Part shown: piece after piece, positions 13,451 through 23,394 of the stretch
Layout of the letters: each line of letters starts with the position of its first letter
How positions within the stretch are numbered: the first letter of the stretch is position 1
Origin: Planctomycetota bacterium
GTDB lineage: Bacteria > Planctomycetota > SZUA-567 > H5-PLA8
Reading direction: 5' to 3'
NCBI GenBank assembly: GCA_045863855.1
Contig: BTVV01000020.1
Coordinates: 8,936 to 72,935, forward strand
DNA length: 64,000 bases
Notes under the pieces: generated by a model
The model's input: the letters and a program-made list of their open reading frames with translations, nothing else
What the model was told of the DNA's origin: nothing
Databases searched by the model: none
Translations under genes and position numbers: made by a program

Positions 13451-16400
13451 CTACTTTTTGAAGATCAATTCGCCAAAGCCTTCAGGGTTGTGAAAGCTGT
13501 GGCCAACCCAGGCCCAACTGCTGGTCTCGCGCGGTTCGGGTTGGCGGCTGCGGCAGAGATTCACGCCCCAGACGGCGCCCTCGACAGGCGGTTCGACGCC
13601 CAGCGAAGCGAGCGTCACGGAAAACTCCACCGACCACGATCCTTTGCTCTTGCTCACCGCGGCTTCCATTTCGGCGTTCCAGAGCGGATCGCGCCCGTCG
13701 CCGTCCTGGATCGTGCCGAGGCAATTCACGATCAGATGCTTGTAGGTTTTCTTGTCGCGGTTTGCGTCGAGAAAGACTTCGACCGAGTCGTCCATCCAGA
13801 CGTCTTTATCGCGCTCGATGGCGTACGCTTTCAGCTCGCCGTATTTGGGCTCGTGGCAGGTGAAATGAACGTAAAGTTTCACGCCGTCGCATACGGCCTT
13901 GACGCTCGTTTGCGGAACGGCCAGGACACTGCGCGCTAGGTTGAGGAATCCGGTGGCCTCTTCGGCATCTTTCCAGACGGCGTCGTCGGCCTTGCCGTCC
14001 ACGACCGGCGCCTGCGCGACCAGCTTGCAGACGACCTGCTTCTTCTCGGCGGTCAGCGCCTTCGGGAACATGGCCCAAGCGGTTTCGACCTTCTTCGCCT
14101 CGCGCTTTTCGCGCAGCGCGGCGATGTACTCGGCAAGTTGCTCGCGCCAGGCGTCGAAGGAAAGCTTGGCACGGTCCTCGTTGTAGACGCCGCCGGCCTC
14201 GGCGCCGCTGCTGAGCCCGTGATCTTTGGGATACGCCGGCAGATACTCTTCGATCGCCTTGACGAAGCCGCGCGCGGCCAGCGCCGCCGGCGCGTCCTTG
14301 GGCGTCTGCGCGAGTTCGGCTTCGAGCAGTTCGAGATAGCGATGATCGTCGACGCCTTCGCGCACGTGCTCGAAGGTGACTGCACTCAGGAAACCGCCCG
14401 GATAAGCGTAGCCTTGCGACGTGGCCTTGGGATGAAAAACCGGGATGTGCGCGTCGCGGACTTCCCACGAATAGACCCACTGCCAGTGGCCTTTCGCGCG
14501 GCTTTTCCATAAGTAGTAGCCGTGCACCAGCCGGCTGGGACCGCCGTTGTAGAGCCAAAGGTCGGCGATTTTTTCGACGGCACACAGATAAATGCTGTCG
14601 TCGCTGCGCTCCCACGGATGCGTCGAGACGATGTCCATCAACGGCACCAGCGGCGTGTAGGGGCGATTGAAGCCGTCGCGGTCGCCCATCAGTGTCACGA
14701 CGGTTTGCAGGCCTTCGACCTGGCGCGCCAACTTCAGGTACTTGATCGTGTCGCGGCGATTGCGGTTCCAGTCGTTGAGTTCGGTTTCGCGCGGCTCGTC
14801 GAAGATCTGCGCGGCGGCGGGGACGTCGTTGGCCTTGATCCAGTCGCGCATCTGCGTCAGCACCTGAATGTACGCGGAATTGAATTCGGGGCTGAACTCG
14901 GTGAAGCCCTTGCGCATCAGCCCGTACTGCACGATGCCGGCGACGCCGCCGATCAAATGGCGTCCGCTCAGCCCGTACTTGCGGCACGCATCGATCGTGC
15001 GTTTCCATTCGGAAAACTCGCAAGTCACCTTCACGTTGGGTCGGTCGTAGGTGACTTTCGGCCGATCGAGCACGAAGCCGTTCATGCCGTGCTCGGCCCA
15101 AATACGGATCTCGGCCTCCAGCGTTTGCTGCACGTACGGTTCGTAATCGGGAAAGGCTTGCAGCATGTGGCTGCCGAAGGCGGTGTTATTCCACATGCCG
15201 CACTCGGTTTTGGTCTTGGGCAGGTCGAACGGGCGCACGCGGACGCGTACGGGCAGGGCCAGGGCCTCGCCGTGGTGCGGCGCCAGCGTGATCGAGCCCG
15301 TGTACGTACCCGCCGGTGTGCCCGGCGGCACGAAGAGTGTCGCCCAATACTGCCGGTTCCAGTCCTTCTTCAGCTCCAGTTCCTTATAAGGATGCAAGAG
15401 CGTGGGAATGGGCTCGTACCAGCCGCCGCCCACGCTTTGCGGGAACTCTTTCACGAAGCACAGATCGAAAGCCGACGCGGGGAGTTTGTGCGCGCCGCTG
15501 GTTAGCTCGGAAAAAGTAACCTTCGTTACGCCCAAATCTTTGAGCGGACGCAGCGCAAAGGTGACGGGCTCGTACTCGTTAGGCGCGCAAGCGATCTCCA
15601 AGCCCTGAGCCGGATCGAGCAGTTCGTCGGCGCCGGGCTCGTGATTCGGATAGATGCGGAACTGATAATTGCGCGTGAAGATACGGTAGCCGCGCTGGGC
15701 TTCAGCGGCTGCGACGGGCGCACCTTCTCCTTCGAGTTTGTGCGGGCGCACGCGCGCGATGCGGCTCCAGATCTCGTGGTCCACTTCGCCGTAACAGGCT
15801 TCCACAAAGGCGCGCCCGGCCTCGGCCTGCGCTTTGGGGTAAATCCAGAGCGTGCGCGGGCCGCACTGTTCGAACTTTAAGGTCAGCGCGCCGCCGGCGG
15901 CCGAGGCTTCGAAGCGGTGCGGCTTGAAGTAGGTTCGGTGGTATTGATCGAAGAGTGTGCGCGCCGGATCGTAGATCAAATCGGCGCCGTAGTATTGCAG
16001 CTCGTAGCTGAAAAAGCGCTCGGGCGTGATGGTGTCTTCGACGACGGATTTCTCGTTCGCGAGAATTTTGTACGATACGTTACGCACGCCTTGCCAGTTG
16101 GTGCCGAAGGCCACGCATTGAACTTCGTACTCGCCGTCCGGAAGATCGATGCGGAAAGCCAGATCCTTGCCGGCAACCTGGTCCCCAAAGAGCGGAAAGC
16201 CATCGTGGTAAGCCTGGTCAACCAGTTCCGTACCGCTTAACCCAAAACCGCGGGCGGCGTCGTACAGCGTCTTGGCCGTAACGGACGCCGCGCCCGCGAA
16301 ACAACCGTCCGCTCCGAAGTCGAACCAGCGCGCATCCAGACCTTCAAAAATCCGCTGGGCGGAAAGCTTCTCAATCTTTACTTCCGCGTCATCGCCGCGC

Positions 16401-16891
16401 CGTTGGATCGAAATGCGGATGCGGTCCAGATTCGCCGCTTCGATGCGTTCGTCGCCGCCGTCGCGGATCAGATTCTTCAAGGGCACGGCACAGGTATGAG
16501 TCCCCGGATCGAGATGCAGCGTTTGAGTGAACGGCGCGCCCGCGCCGGCGTGCAGGTGAACGCGCAATACTAAACGTCCGCCGGACTGCACCGTAGCGTC
16601 GAAGCGGAGCATGTCCATGCCGGCCAACCCCGCGCCGTCGCCGCTCCAAAGCAGCACATCGGGATCCTGCTCGCGAGCGGGAAACGCAATGTTTAACCCA
16701 CCTTCGCGCGCTTCGACCTTGGTCTTTGCATGCAACGCTTTCGCGCTTCCGGCGCCCGCGGCGAAGTCGGCCAGCACGTGCTCCTGAAGCGCCGGGCGCT
16801 TGAGCCACGGACGCGCAGGCTCGGCCGCGCGAACAAGAATCGAACCCAGGCAGACCATCAAAAGAATCGAACAAGAAGATCGCATGCGCAT
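13451..16891 (-). CDS. Large secreted multidomain glycoside hydrolase-like protein (GH123-like/DUF4091 core + C-terminal CBM9-like domain)
   Basis: Signal peptide; WFDFG..YDAARGFG galactose-binding-like module; NEYEPVTF; VREGVDDHRYL; APVVDGKADDAVW...DDSVEVFLD...WGVNLCR. Confidence 0.65.
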   Translation of the reverse strand: MRMRSSCSILLMVCLGSILVRAAEPARPWLKRPALQEHVLADFAAGAGSAKALHAKTKVEAREGGLNIAFPAREQDPDVLLWSGDGAGLAGMDMLRFDATVQSGGRLVLRVHLHAGAGAPFTQTLHLDPGTHTCAVPLKNLIRDGGDERIEAANLDRIRISIQRRGDDAEVKIEKLSAQRIFEGLDARWFDFGADGCFAGAASVTAKTLYDAARGFGLSGTELVDQAYHDGFPLFGDQVAGKDLAFRIDLPDGEYEVQCVAFGTNWQGVRNVSYKILANEKSVVEDTITPERFFSYELQYYGADLIYDPARTLFDQYHRTYFKPHRFEASAAGGALTLKFEQCGPRTLWIYPKAQAEAGRAFVEACYGEVDHEIWSRIARVRPHKLEGEGAPVAAAEAQRGYRIFTRNYQFRIYPNHEPGADELLDPAQGLEIACAPNEYEPVTFALRPLKDLGVTKVTFSELTSGAHKLPASAFDLCFVKEFPQSVGGGWYEPIPTLLHPYKELELKKDWNRQYWATLFVPPGTPAGTYTGSITLAPHHGEALALPVRVRVRPFDLPKTKTECGMWNNTAFGSHMLQAFPDYEPYVQQTLEAEIRIWAEHGMNGFVLDRPKVTYDRPNVKVTCEFSEWKRTIDACRKYGLSGRHLIGGVAGIVQYGLMRKGFTEFSPEFNSAYIQVLTQMRDWIKANDVPAAAQIFDEPRETELNDWNRNRRDTIKYLKLARQVEGLQTVVTLMGDRDGFNRPYTPLVPLMDIVSTHPWERSDDSIYLCAVEKIADLWLYNGGPSRLVHGYYLWKSRAKGHWQWVYSWEVRDAHIPVFHPKATSQGYAYPGGFLSAVTFEHVREGVDDHRYLELLEAELAQTPKDAPAALAARGFVKAIEEYLPAYPKDHGLSSGAEAGGVYNEDRAKLSFDAWREQLAEYIAALREKREAKKVETAWAMFPKALTAEKKQVVCKLVAQAPVVDGKADDAVWKDAEEATGFLNLARSVLAVPQTSVKAVCDGVKLYVHFTCHEPKYGELKAYAIERDKDVWMDDSVEVFLDANRDKKTYKHLIVNCLGTIQDGDGRDPLWNAEMEAAVSKSKGSWSVEFSVTLASLGVEPPVEGAVWGVNLCRSRQPEPRETSSWAWVGHSFHNPEGFGELIFKK

Positions 16892-17051
16892 GAGGTTTCC
16901 TTTTCGGCTCCCAGCACGAAATCCAGCCAAGCCTATACCAGCGTAGACCAAAATGGACCCGCCGCAGCCCTGCTTGGATACACCGGCCAAGCCGCATGAG
17001 CGCTGGATCGAGAAGAGTTCTGAATAGAGTATGGCCCGTCGGACGTTCAGG

Positions 17052-18740
17052 CTAGCCGCGCGCCACGGGTCGTGCGGTGCGGCTCTCGTTTTCTGCAACC
17101 ACCACGATGGCGCGTTCCTGAAGGAGCGGTTCGAGTTTTACCAAGGCAGTGTTGCAGCGATACTCGCATAAGCCGCAGCCTACGCACTTTTCCGGTACCA
17201 CGAATGGCGCGAGAATAGTGCTCATCTGCTCGATCTCGAGCGCGGAATAGAGCCCTTCGGATTCCAGATTCTCGGGCACCGGAAGCGAAATCTGCCGCAT
17301 TTGGATGGCGTCGTATCCGGCGGCCTTGCACTCGTCGTAGCACAACTGGCAATCGCGCTCGCCGGCATGCGGCAGGCAAGTTTTCTCGTTCACGATGGCC
17401 AGACCCAGGCGAAATACGCGCTTCTCTTCAAGTGCGAGGGGCTGGATCGCCCCCGTCGGACAGACTTGCGTGCAGTAGTTGCATTCCTGATGGCAGCCGG
17501 CGTGAGAGGGCACGACCACCGGCGTCCAGAGCGCCTCGATCCCGCCTTCCAGCCCCGCCGGTTGAAGAACCGGACCGGGGCAGACCTTGAAGCATTCGCC
17601 GCAGCGGATGCACAGATCGTTGAAGCTTTCTTCGGAGACGCTGCCCGGCGGGCGCAGAAGCGCCTTTTTCGAACGGAATGCATCGAGCCATCCGACGCGC
17701 ACAGCCGCGGCGCCGGCGAGACCCGCCGCACCGGCGGCCAGAAAGCCGCGCCGCGAAGTGGGATGCTCGTGAACGGGCGGATCGTTTTCGGCTTTGAGGT
17801 CGGTGAGGTTCCAGCGCGTCGTGAATTGAATCGAATGCGTGGGGCAGACGCCGCCGCAGCTTTGGCAAAACGTGCAATCGGCGGTACGGGTAGTGAAGTC
17901 GGCCTTGATCGCGTCGAAGGGGCAGATCTCGACGCATTTGTTGCATTTAATACAGCTGGATTCGACCTTCCGTTCCCCGACTCGAAAGAGATTGAAGACC
18001 GAGAAGACCGCGCCGGTGGGGCAGACGTAGCGGCACCAGAATCGCTTTTCCAGAAAGCCAAGCGCGAATACCGCGGCAAAGAGCACGATGGATAATACGT
18101 ACGTCCAGCCGACCGGGGGAACCATGCCCCAATTCTTGAGCAGGCCCAATTGAATCGGAGCGCCCACGAACAAAAGCCCGCGCGTGATGACCGGTATCGC
18201 GGCGAGGTAACCCGAGAGAAGCACGCCGCCGCCAGCGGCCAGAAGAATCGCGGCAAGCAGGTAATACTTCGTGTGTACCCAGCCGCCCGTGGTCTTAAGC
18301 TTAAATCGCTTCACGTGGCGGCCGACCGCCCAGTCGAAGAAATCGATCGCCGTTCCCAGCGGACAGAAATAGCCGCAGAATCCCCGAGGGAAGAACAGGC
18401 ACAGCGTCAGGATGCCCAGCGCCCACCACAGCGCGACATTCCAAGTGCGCGCGGCCAGGGCCGTGGAGAATCCCAGGAGCGGATCGAGCCATAGGAAGAC
18501 TTCCGCCGGAAGAAACTCCTTTTTGTAAAAGAGCTCGTTATCGAATACCGGTCCATACGGCCAAGCGGCATAAAAGAAGAGCGTCAGGAAAGTTATCAGG
18601 CAGACGACCTGCACCGCGCGGCGTATGGGCGAAGCACGGGTGGTCGCACCGAAGCGGGAAAAGAATTTGTGCAATCGCCCGCGCCAGCCCCGCCGCTCGT
18701 TGGCCTTGAGGAAGGGGAAAAAGAGGTTGGCGTGGCTCAT
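17052..18740 (-). CDS. Polytopic membrane polyferredoxin (NapH/MauN-like fused to NapG/MauM-like)
   Basis: CxxxCP twice, CxxCxxCxxxCP twice, internal SRRGFL + TM helix, LRPPG and four further 4Fe-4S motifs. Confidence 0.85.
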   Translation of the reverse strand: MSHANLFFPFLKANERRGWRGRLHKFFSRFGATTRASPIRRAVQVVCLITFLTLFFYAAWPYGPVFDNELFYKKEFLPAEVFLWLDPLLGFSTALAARTWNVALWWALGILTLCLFFPRGFCGYFCPLGTAIDFFDWAVGRHVKRFKLKTTGGWVHTKYYLLAAILLAAGGGVLLSGYLAAIPVITRGLLFVGAPIQLGLLKNWGMVPPVGWTYVLSIVLFAAVFALGFLEKRFWCRYVCPTGAVFSVFNLFRVGERKVESSCIKCNKCVEICPFDAIKADFTTRTADCTFCQSCGGVCPTHSIQFTTRWNLTDLKAENDPPVHEHPTSRRGFLAAGAAGLAGAAAVRVGWLDAFRSKKALLRPPGSVSEESFNDLCIRCGECFKVCPGPVLQPAGLEGGIEALWTPVVVPSHAGCHQECNYCTQVCPTGAIQPLALEEKRVFRLGLAIVNEKTCLPHAGERDCQLCYDECKAAGYDAIQMRQISLPVPENLESEGLYSALEIEQMSTILAPFVVPEKCVGCGLCEYRCNTALVKLEPLLQERAIVVVAENESRTARPVARG

Positions 18741-18745
18741 ACGGC

Positions 18746-20017
18746 TTACAGTCCCGCTTTGCGCAGCGCTTCCAGTGTGGCAGCCTTGATCGCCTCGGTG
18801 CTGACCGTCGCGGCGGTGATGTTGTCCACCTGAAGGCTCTGTTTCTTGATAATTTGCGCGGGCACCAGAGTCGTGGCGTTGTTATCGATTTTTTCGGTGT
18901 GGTTGAGCTGTATATCGGCGAGCTTTCCGGCTTTAACGATCACGGTGGCATCGATCGGACCGGTGTAGCCCAGCGCGGATCCGGAGTAGCTGCCGTCCTT
19001 GAGCGTAACGGAACCCAACGCTTTGGCATCGATCAGGTCGATCTTGGCCTGAACGATAGCCACGCGGCGGGGCAGCAGGTGTTTGCCGTACGTCGGATTG
19101 GCGAGCGGATAAAGCCGGGCGGCTTCGGTGTACTCCTTCCTCGCTTCGGCATTCTTGCCCTGCTCGAGGAAGAGGTCGCCCAACATGCTGTGAATCCCGG
19201 CTTCCATGATGTCGCGCTGCTGAGGCGTCTGTTTGGCGGCTAGTTGCAGCGCTTGGTTGAGGACTTGGTACGCTTTGTCGTACGCTCCGAAGTGCACATA
19301 GCAAGCGGCCAGACTCTTGTACGGATACAGCGGATACTTTCCCGCCGCGGCCTGCTGCGCGATGAACTCTTCATGGGCCTTCACTGCCCAGGCGAATTCA
19401 GCGCCCAGTAGCAGATAAAGCGGAAGCTCGTGTCCGTCGCCGATGTCCTTCTTATTGAAGTACAGCCAAGTCAGCTTGATCGCTTCTCGGTTGCCTTCCA
19501 ACGTGGCAAGTCCAAGCAGGCGTCGAATCTCGAGGCGGCCGTCCTTCCAGGGTTTGTTTACGTCCCAATTTACGGGCGTAGCGGCCATCCAATCCGGAGG
19601 CACCTTTACCGCGGAGAGCGCTTGCGCCAGCGTATTGGGCTTGGGCCCCGGAGGCGCATTCGCGGTCAAGGGAGGCGGCGGCGCGGCAGCAGGCGGCGTT
19701 ACAGTCGCAGGCTGAGCGACGGGCGGAGGCGCCTGCGTAACCGGCGGCGACGCATCGACCGGAACACCCGGCTTGGGCGTGACGATCTTGCGTTTGCCAC
19801 CTGCCGTAAGGGCGTGAACCTTTGATTTTGGATACGTAAGCTGAGCGCCGCTGCTCTGAAAAGTGATCGCGGCATCCGATTCGGAGACGAACTCGCCCCG
19901 CAGCGTCATGCCGCTCATCATTTCAAGCGCATCTTCGGCACTCGCGCTCGTGCTCCAGCACCACGCGGCGCAAACGGCTAACGCGCCCAGCAGAATTTCC
20001 GTGCGAGTCGAACGCAT
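18746..20017 (-). CDS. Secreted TPR-like protein with C-terminal FMN-binding domain
   Basis: Signal peptide (ASA), Pro-rich linker, helical repeats, DGSYSGSALGYTGPI...QVDNITAATVST. Confidence 0.8.
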   Translation of the reverse strand: MRSTRTEILLGALAVCAAWCWSTSASAEDALEMMSGMTLRGEFVSESDAAITFQSSGAQLTYPKSKVHALTAGGKRKIVTPKPGVPVDASPPVTQAPPPVAQPATVTPPAAAPPPPLTANAPPGPKPNTLAQALSAVKVPPDWMAATPVNWDVNKPWKDGRLEIRRLLGLATLEGNREAIKLTWLYFNKKDIGDGHELPLYLLLGAEFAWAVKAHEEFIAQQAAAGKYPLYPYKSLAACYVHFGAYDKAYQVLNQALQLAAKQTPQQRDIMEAGIHSMLGDLFLEQGKNAEARKEYTEAARLYPLANPTYGKHLLPRRVAIVQAKIDLIDAKALGSVTLKDGSYSGSALGYTGPIDATVIVKAGKLADIQLNHTEKIDNNATTLVPAQIIKKQSLQVDNITAATVSTEAIKAATLEALRKAGL

Positions 20018-20046
20018 CTGCCACTCCTATCCGAAAACCACGTGAA

Positions 20047-21096
20047 TCAGGACTGCGACGCGCTCGGAAAGCCCCGCGTCGAGCGTACCGTGCCGCTCTT
20101 CGTCACGAACAAAGCCTCGGCGCTCGCATACGTGTTCAGCAGAGCATCGCCCGCCAGTGGCGGCAGCACGAACAGAGCGGTCGAGAGGGCATCGGCTACC
20201 GTGGCGCTATCGGCCACGACGCTGACGCTGCTGTAGTGCGGCGGCGAACCTCCCGTGCGCGGGTCGAAGATATGGTTGTAGGCCCGGTCGGCGCTGAAGG
20301 CCGTCGCGTAGTCGCCGCTCGTGCTGAGGCAGCGCCCATCGAGCTGCGCCAACTCGATGTACGCATCTTCGACACGCGGATGCTGAATGCCGACCTTCCA
20401 TGCCGAACCGTCGGCCTTGCGCCCCAGCGAACTCAGTTCGCCAGTGTTCACGAGCGCTCCGGTCACGCCGTGCCGGCGCAGCGCCGCAAGCGCGCGGTCG
20501 GCCGCGAAGCCTTGCGCGATCCCGTTCAGTGTGATCGCCATGCCGGGCGACGCCAATCGAATGCGCCGCGCGTCCACGTCCAGGCGCTGCCACCCGACCA
20601 ACCGGCGTGTGGCTTCGACCTCGTGCAGATCGGGCAACCGGCCATCTTTATGCGTGGCGGCGTACAGTTGCCAAAGCGGCTGCACGGTCACATCGAACGC
20701 TCCGCCACTGGCCGCGGAGATCGCTAGTGCCTGGGTCAATACCGAGACCAAATACGGGTGCGGCTCGCGCAATGAGCCGCTACGGTTCAAGCGGCACAAC
20801 GCGCTGTGCGGCCGGTACAAGCTCATGAGTTCTTCAACAAGTTCCAGTTCGGCGAAGGCCGCGTCGAGCGCCGCCGCCGCCGAACCCGCCCTGCGATGCA
20901 GGACCGCCATGCTGATCTCGCTGCCCAGCGCGCGAGACGTCCGCTGCGCCGCAAACAACCCCTCCGCCGCGCGAGTTTCCCGAGACGCCGAACCGCCTGC
21001 GGCGGAAGCCGGCCTTGGACCGTGCAACAACCCGGCCAGCGCACCCATGCCGCCGCCCGCCGCCAGAATCAGAAAGCGCCTGCGTGTCGTGTTCAT
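20047..21096 (-). CDS. apbE: FAD:protein FMN transferase (ApbE/Ftp) with Tat signal
   Basis: TRRRFL Tat motif; GAFDVTVQPL, LNGIAQGFAAD, STSGDY, HIFDPRTG, ADALSTA. Confidence 0.93.
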   Translation of the reverse strand: MNTTRRRFLILAAGGGMGALAGLLHGPRPASAAGGSASRETRAAEGLFAAQRTSRALGSEISMAVLHRRAGSAAAALDAAFAELELVEELMSLYRPHSALCRLNRSGSLREPHPYLVSVLTQALAISAASGGAFDVTVQPLWQLYAATHKDGRLPDLHEVEATRRLVGWQRLDVDARRIRLASPGMAITLNGIAQGFAADRALAALRRHGVTGALVNTGELSSLGRKADGSAWKVGIQHPRVEDAYIELAQLDGRCLSTSGDYATAFSADRAYNHIFDPRTGGSPPHYSSVSVVADSATVADALSTALFVLPPLAGDALLNTYASAEALFVTKSGTVRSTRGFPSASQS

Positions 21097-21439
21097 CTTG
21101 GATTCCTCGCACGAAAATCGGGGGCCCGTGCTGTTCATAGTCCGGCCACCCCCCCATCAGGGGGTCATTAAATCATGGTCTTTGTACCCTCCTAAAGGAG
21201 CTACACAACGCTCCCTTGGCCCCATCCTCCTGCAATAGAGTGGAAAGGCTGCACGTGTGTGTGCGCTTTCGGACAAGCCGCTTGTGCATTAAATAGAGTG
21301 ATTCGACCGACGAATCCTGACCCCACGTTGCGCACGCGGGGCGACCTACCCGTAGAGACATGACGCCGGCTTCGATTGCGGAGCCGGGACATGCCTTTCT
21401 GCGGGGGATCGCTCGCGGCGCCTGCGAGGCTGTCCGCGC

Positions 21440-22003
21440 ATGAGTGTACCGGAGTCTCCGGCCGATGGAGACGCATGGGACCGGAAGTTCACCGAAATGG
21501 TGCGCACGCACCAGACGATGATCTACCGCTATGCCCGGTATCTCGTGCACGACGCGGCGCTGGCCGAAGAACTGGCCCAAGACACCTTTGTGACGGCGTA
21601 CTCGAAGCTGCGCCGCGAATCGCCGGAAGGCGAAATAGGCGCGTGGCTGCGCGGAGTGGTTCGAAACCTGGTGCTGCGCGCGCGAACCAAGCGCAAGGTT
21701 CAGGTGCTCTTTACGGACGAAGAAGGTCTGGAAGTGGCCGAGCGGGTTTGGGCGCGCCAGGAGCCTCCGGAAAACGGGAGTGCCGATCCAAGGCTGGAAG
21801 CGCTGCGACGTTGCGTGGGCGCCTTGAGCGCGGACGATAAGCAGCTCTTGAAGCTGCGCTTCGAGGAACAGCGTTCGCGCGACCAACTGTCCGAGCTGCT
21901 GCGCTTGTCGGCCGAAGGCATCAAGACCCGTCTGCGCCGTTTGCGGGCGAAGCTGTTGGACTGCGCCAAACGCCGGTTGGCGGGCAAGGAGCCCAGCGCG
22001 TAA
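21440..22003 (+). CDS. ECF-type RNA polymerase sigma factor
   Basis: AEELAQDTF and WLRGVVRN (region 2); GIKTRLRRLRAKL (region 4). Confidence 0.9.
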   Translation: MSVPESPADGDAWDRKFTEMVRTHQTMIYRYARYLVHDAALAEELAQDTFVTAYSKLRRESPEGEIGAWLRGVVRNLVLRARTKRKVQVLFTDEEGLEVAERVWARQEPPENGSADPRLEALRRCVGALSADDKQLLKLRFEEQRSRDQLSELLRLSAEGIKTRLRRLRAKLLDCAKRRLAGKEPSA

Positions 22004-23313
22004 TGGACCGGGAAGCCATCCTGCTCGGGCTCGACGCGTGCCTCGATGGGGCCGCCGACGAGCCGCAACGCGAAGCGCTGGACATGGCCGTCCGGTCCGA
22101 TCGGGCGATCGCCGAACTCTGCGCGGAATACCGCCTGCAGGATGCGCTGCTGACCGAACTGTTCGTGGGACTTCCGGAACTGGCCACGCCGCAATGGCTG
22201 TTGGAACGCGCCAAGAAGCGGGCGCGCATCGTGGAAGCCTCCGGCGAAGCCGCGCCGCTGGTTTTAAGCACGCCTCCAGCGGCGAAGACCGCCGCTCCCA
22301 CTCGAGCGCCGACGCCGGGCAAGGCTCAGACGCGAGGCGGACGCAAAGCCCGCACGCGCGGCACCGATGGACTGCGCCCCGTGGGCGGCGCCAATCGAGC
22401 CTGGCTCGGTTTGATCGGCGTGGCCGCGGCGGCGCTCGTGGCGCTGGTCATTTACCTTACGCGCAATCCAGAAAAGCCCGCGGAGCCGGACGTCGTCCAA
22501 CAGCCGGCGGTCGAATCCAAAACGCCCGAAGCGAAGACGCCGGAACAGACACCGCCGCCGAAGCCGGCCGAGCCCATCGTCGCAATCAAGGGCGGCGCCT
22601 ATACGCGCGAAGGGAACACGCTCACAACCGACCGCGTTTCGGCCATCGTCGTCACGCTGGCCGATGGCAGCGAAGTCGAGATGCAGCCGCTGACCAAGGT
22701 CAGCTTCGCGGTGCCCACGCCGGAGGTCCGGCAAGACTTGGATCTGTCGCAGGGATTGCTCAAGGTCAAAGCCGTGCCCAACGAACGGCTCTTCCGCGTG
22801 CGCGCCGGAGCGGGCGAGATTACCGTCGTAGGCACGCGCTTCGTCGTGGAACGCGCCGCGCGGGAGCAGCTTTCGGGCGACCAGCAGGCCCCGGCACGGG
22901 TCGAAGTCGCCGAAGGTTCGGTGCGGCTCAAGAACGAAAAAGGCGAGCTGGTGGTGGAGCGCGAGCAGACAGCGGTGTTGAGCGCCGCGTTCGCGCCTCA
23001 GGCCGCGGTCAAACCGCAGGCGCACGATCTGCTGGGCTTCAGCGGTAAAATGAAAGTGGCCGTGCTGCACAAGGACCGGCAGCGCCTGCTGGTGATGGTC
23101 GCGAAGGCCGAGCCGGATCGCGAAAACAAGCTGGAACGCGCCGGTGACCGGATCGCGCATAAGATCCTGTGGCTCTACCCTGCCCCCGAGCGGCAGGAAG
23201 AAGCGCACGAAGCCGCGCAGAAGATGCTGGAAGAGGTGAAGGTCATGGACGATCCCTACCTGTCCGTCTGGAGTTTCGAAGGCCGCTTGGTCTTCGTGCC
23301 CGTGCGCAAGTAG
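22003..23313 (+). CDS. FecR-domain anti-sigma factor
   Basis: TAATG coupling to the sigma gene; N-terminal anti-sigma-like helix, one TM segment, FecR motifs LADGSEV / ITVVGTRF / VEVAEGSV. Confidence 0.85.
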   Translation: MDREAILLGLDACLDGAADEPQREALDMAVRSDRAIAELCAEYRLQDALLTELFVGLPELATPQWLLERAKKRARIVEASGEAAPLVLSTPPAAKTAAPTRAPTPGKAQTRGGRKARTRGTDGLRPVGGANRAWLGLIGVAAAALVALVIYLTRNPEKPAEPDVVQQPAVESKTPEAKTPEQTPPPKPAEPIVAIKGGAYTREGNTLTTDRVSAIVVTLADGSEVEMQPLTKVSFAVPTPEVRQDLDLSQGLLKVKAVPNERLFRVRAGAGEITVVGTRFVVERAAREQLSGDQQAPARVEVAEGSVRLKNEKGELVVEREQTAVLSAAFAPQAAVKPQAHDLLGFSGKMKVAVLHKDRQRLLVMVAKAEPDRENKLERAGDRIAHKILWLYPAPERQEEAHEAAQKMLEEVKVMDDPYLSVWSFEGRLVFVPVRK

Positions 23314-23394
23314 CCTCATCCGCACTTTCACGCCGCGCGCCACGCGCTAAACCGTACTCAACGCCAGCGCCAACCTTCAATGGAGAGCATCGCC

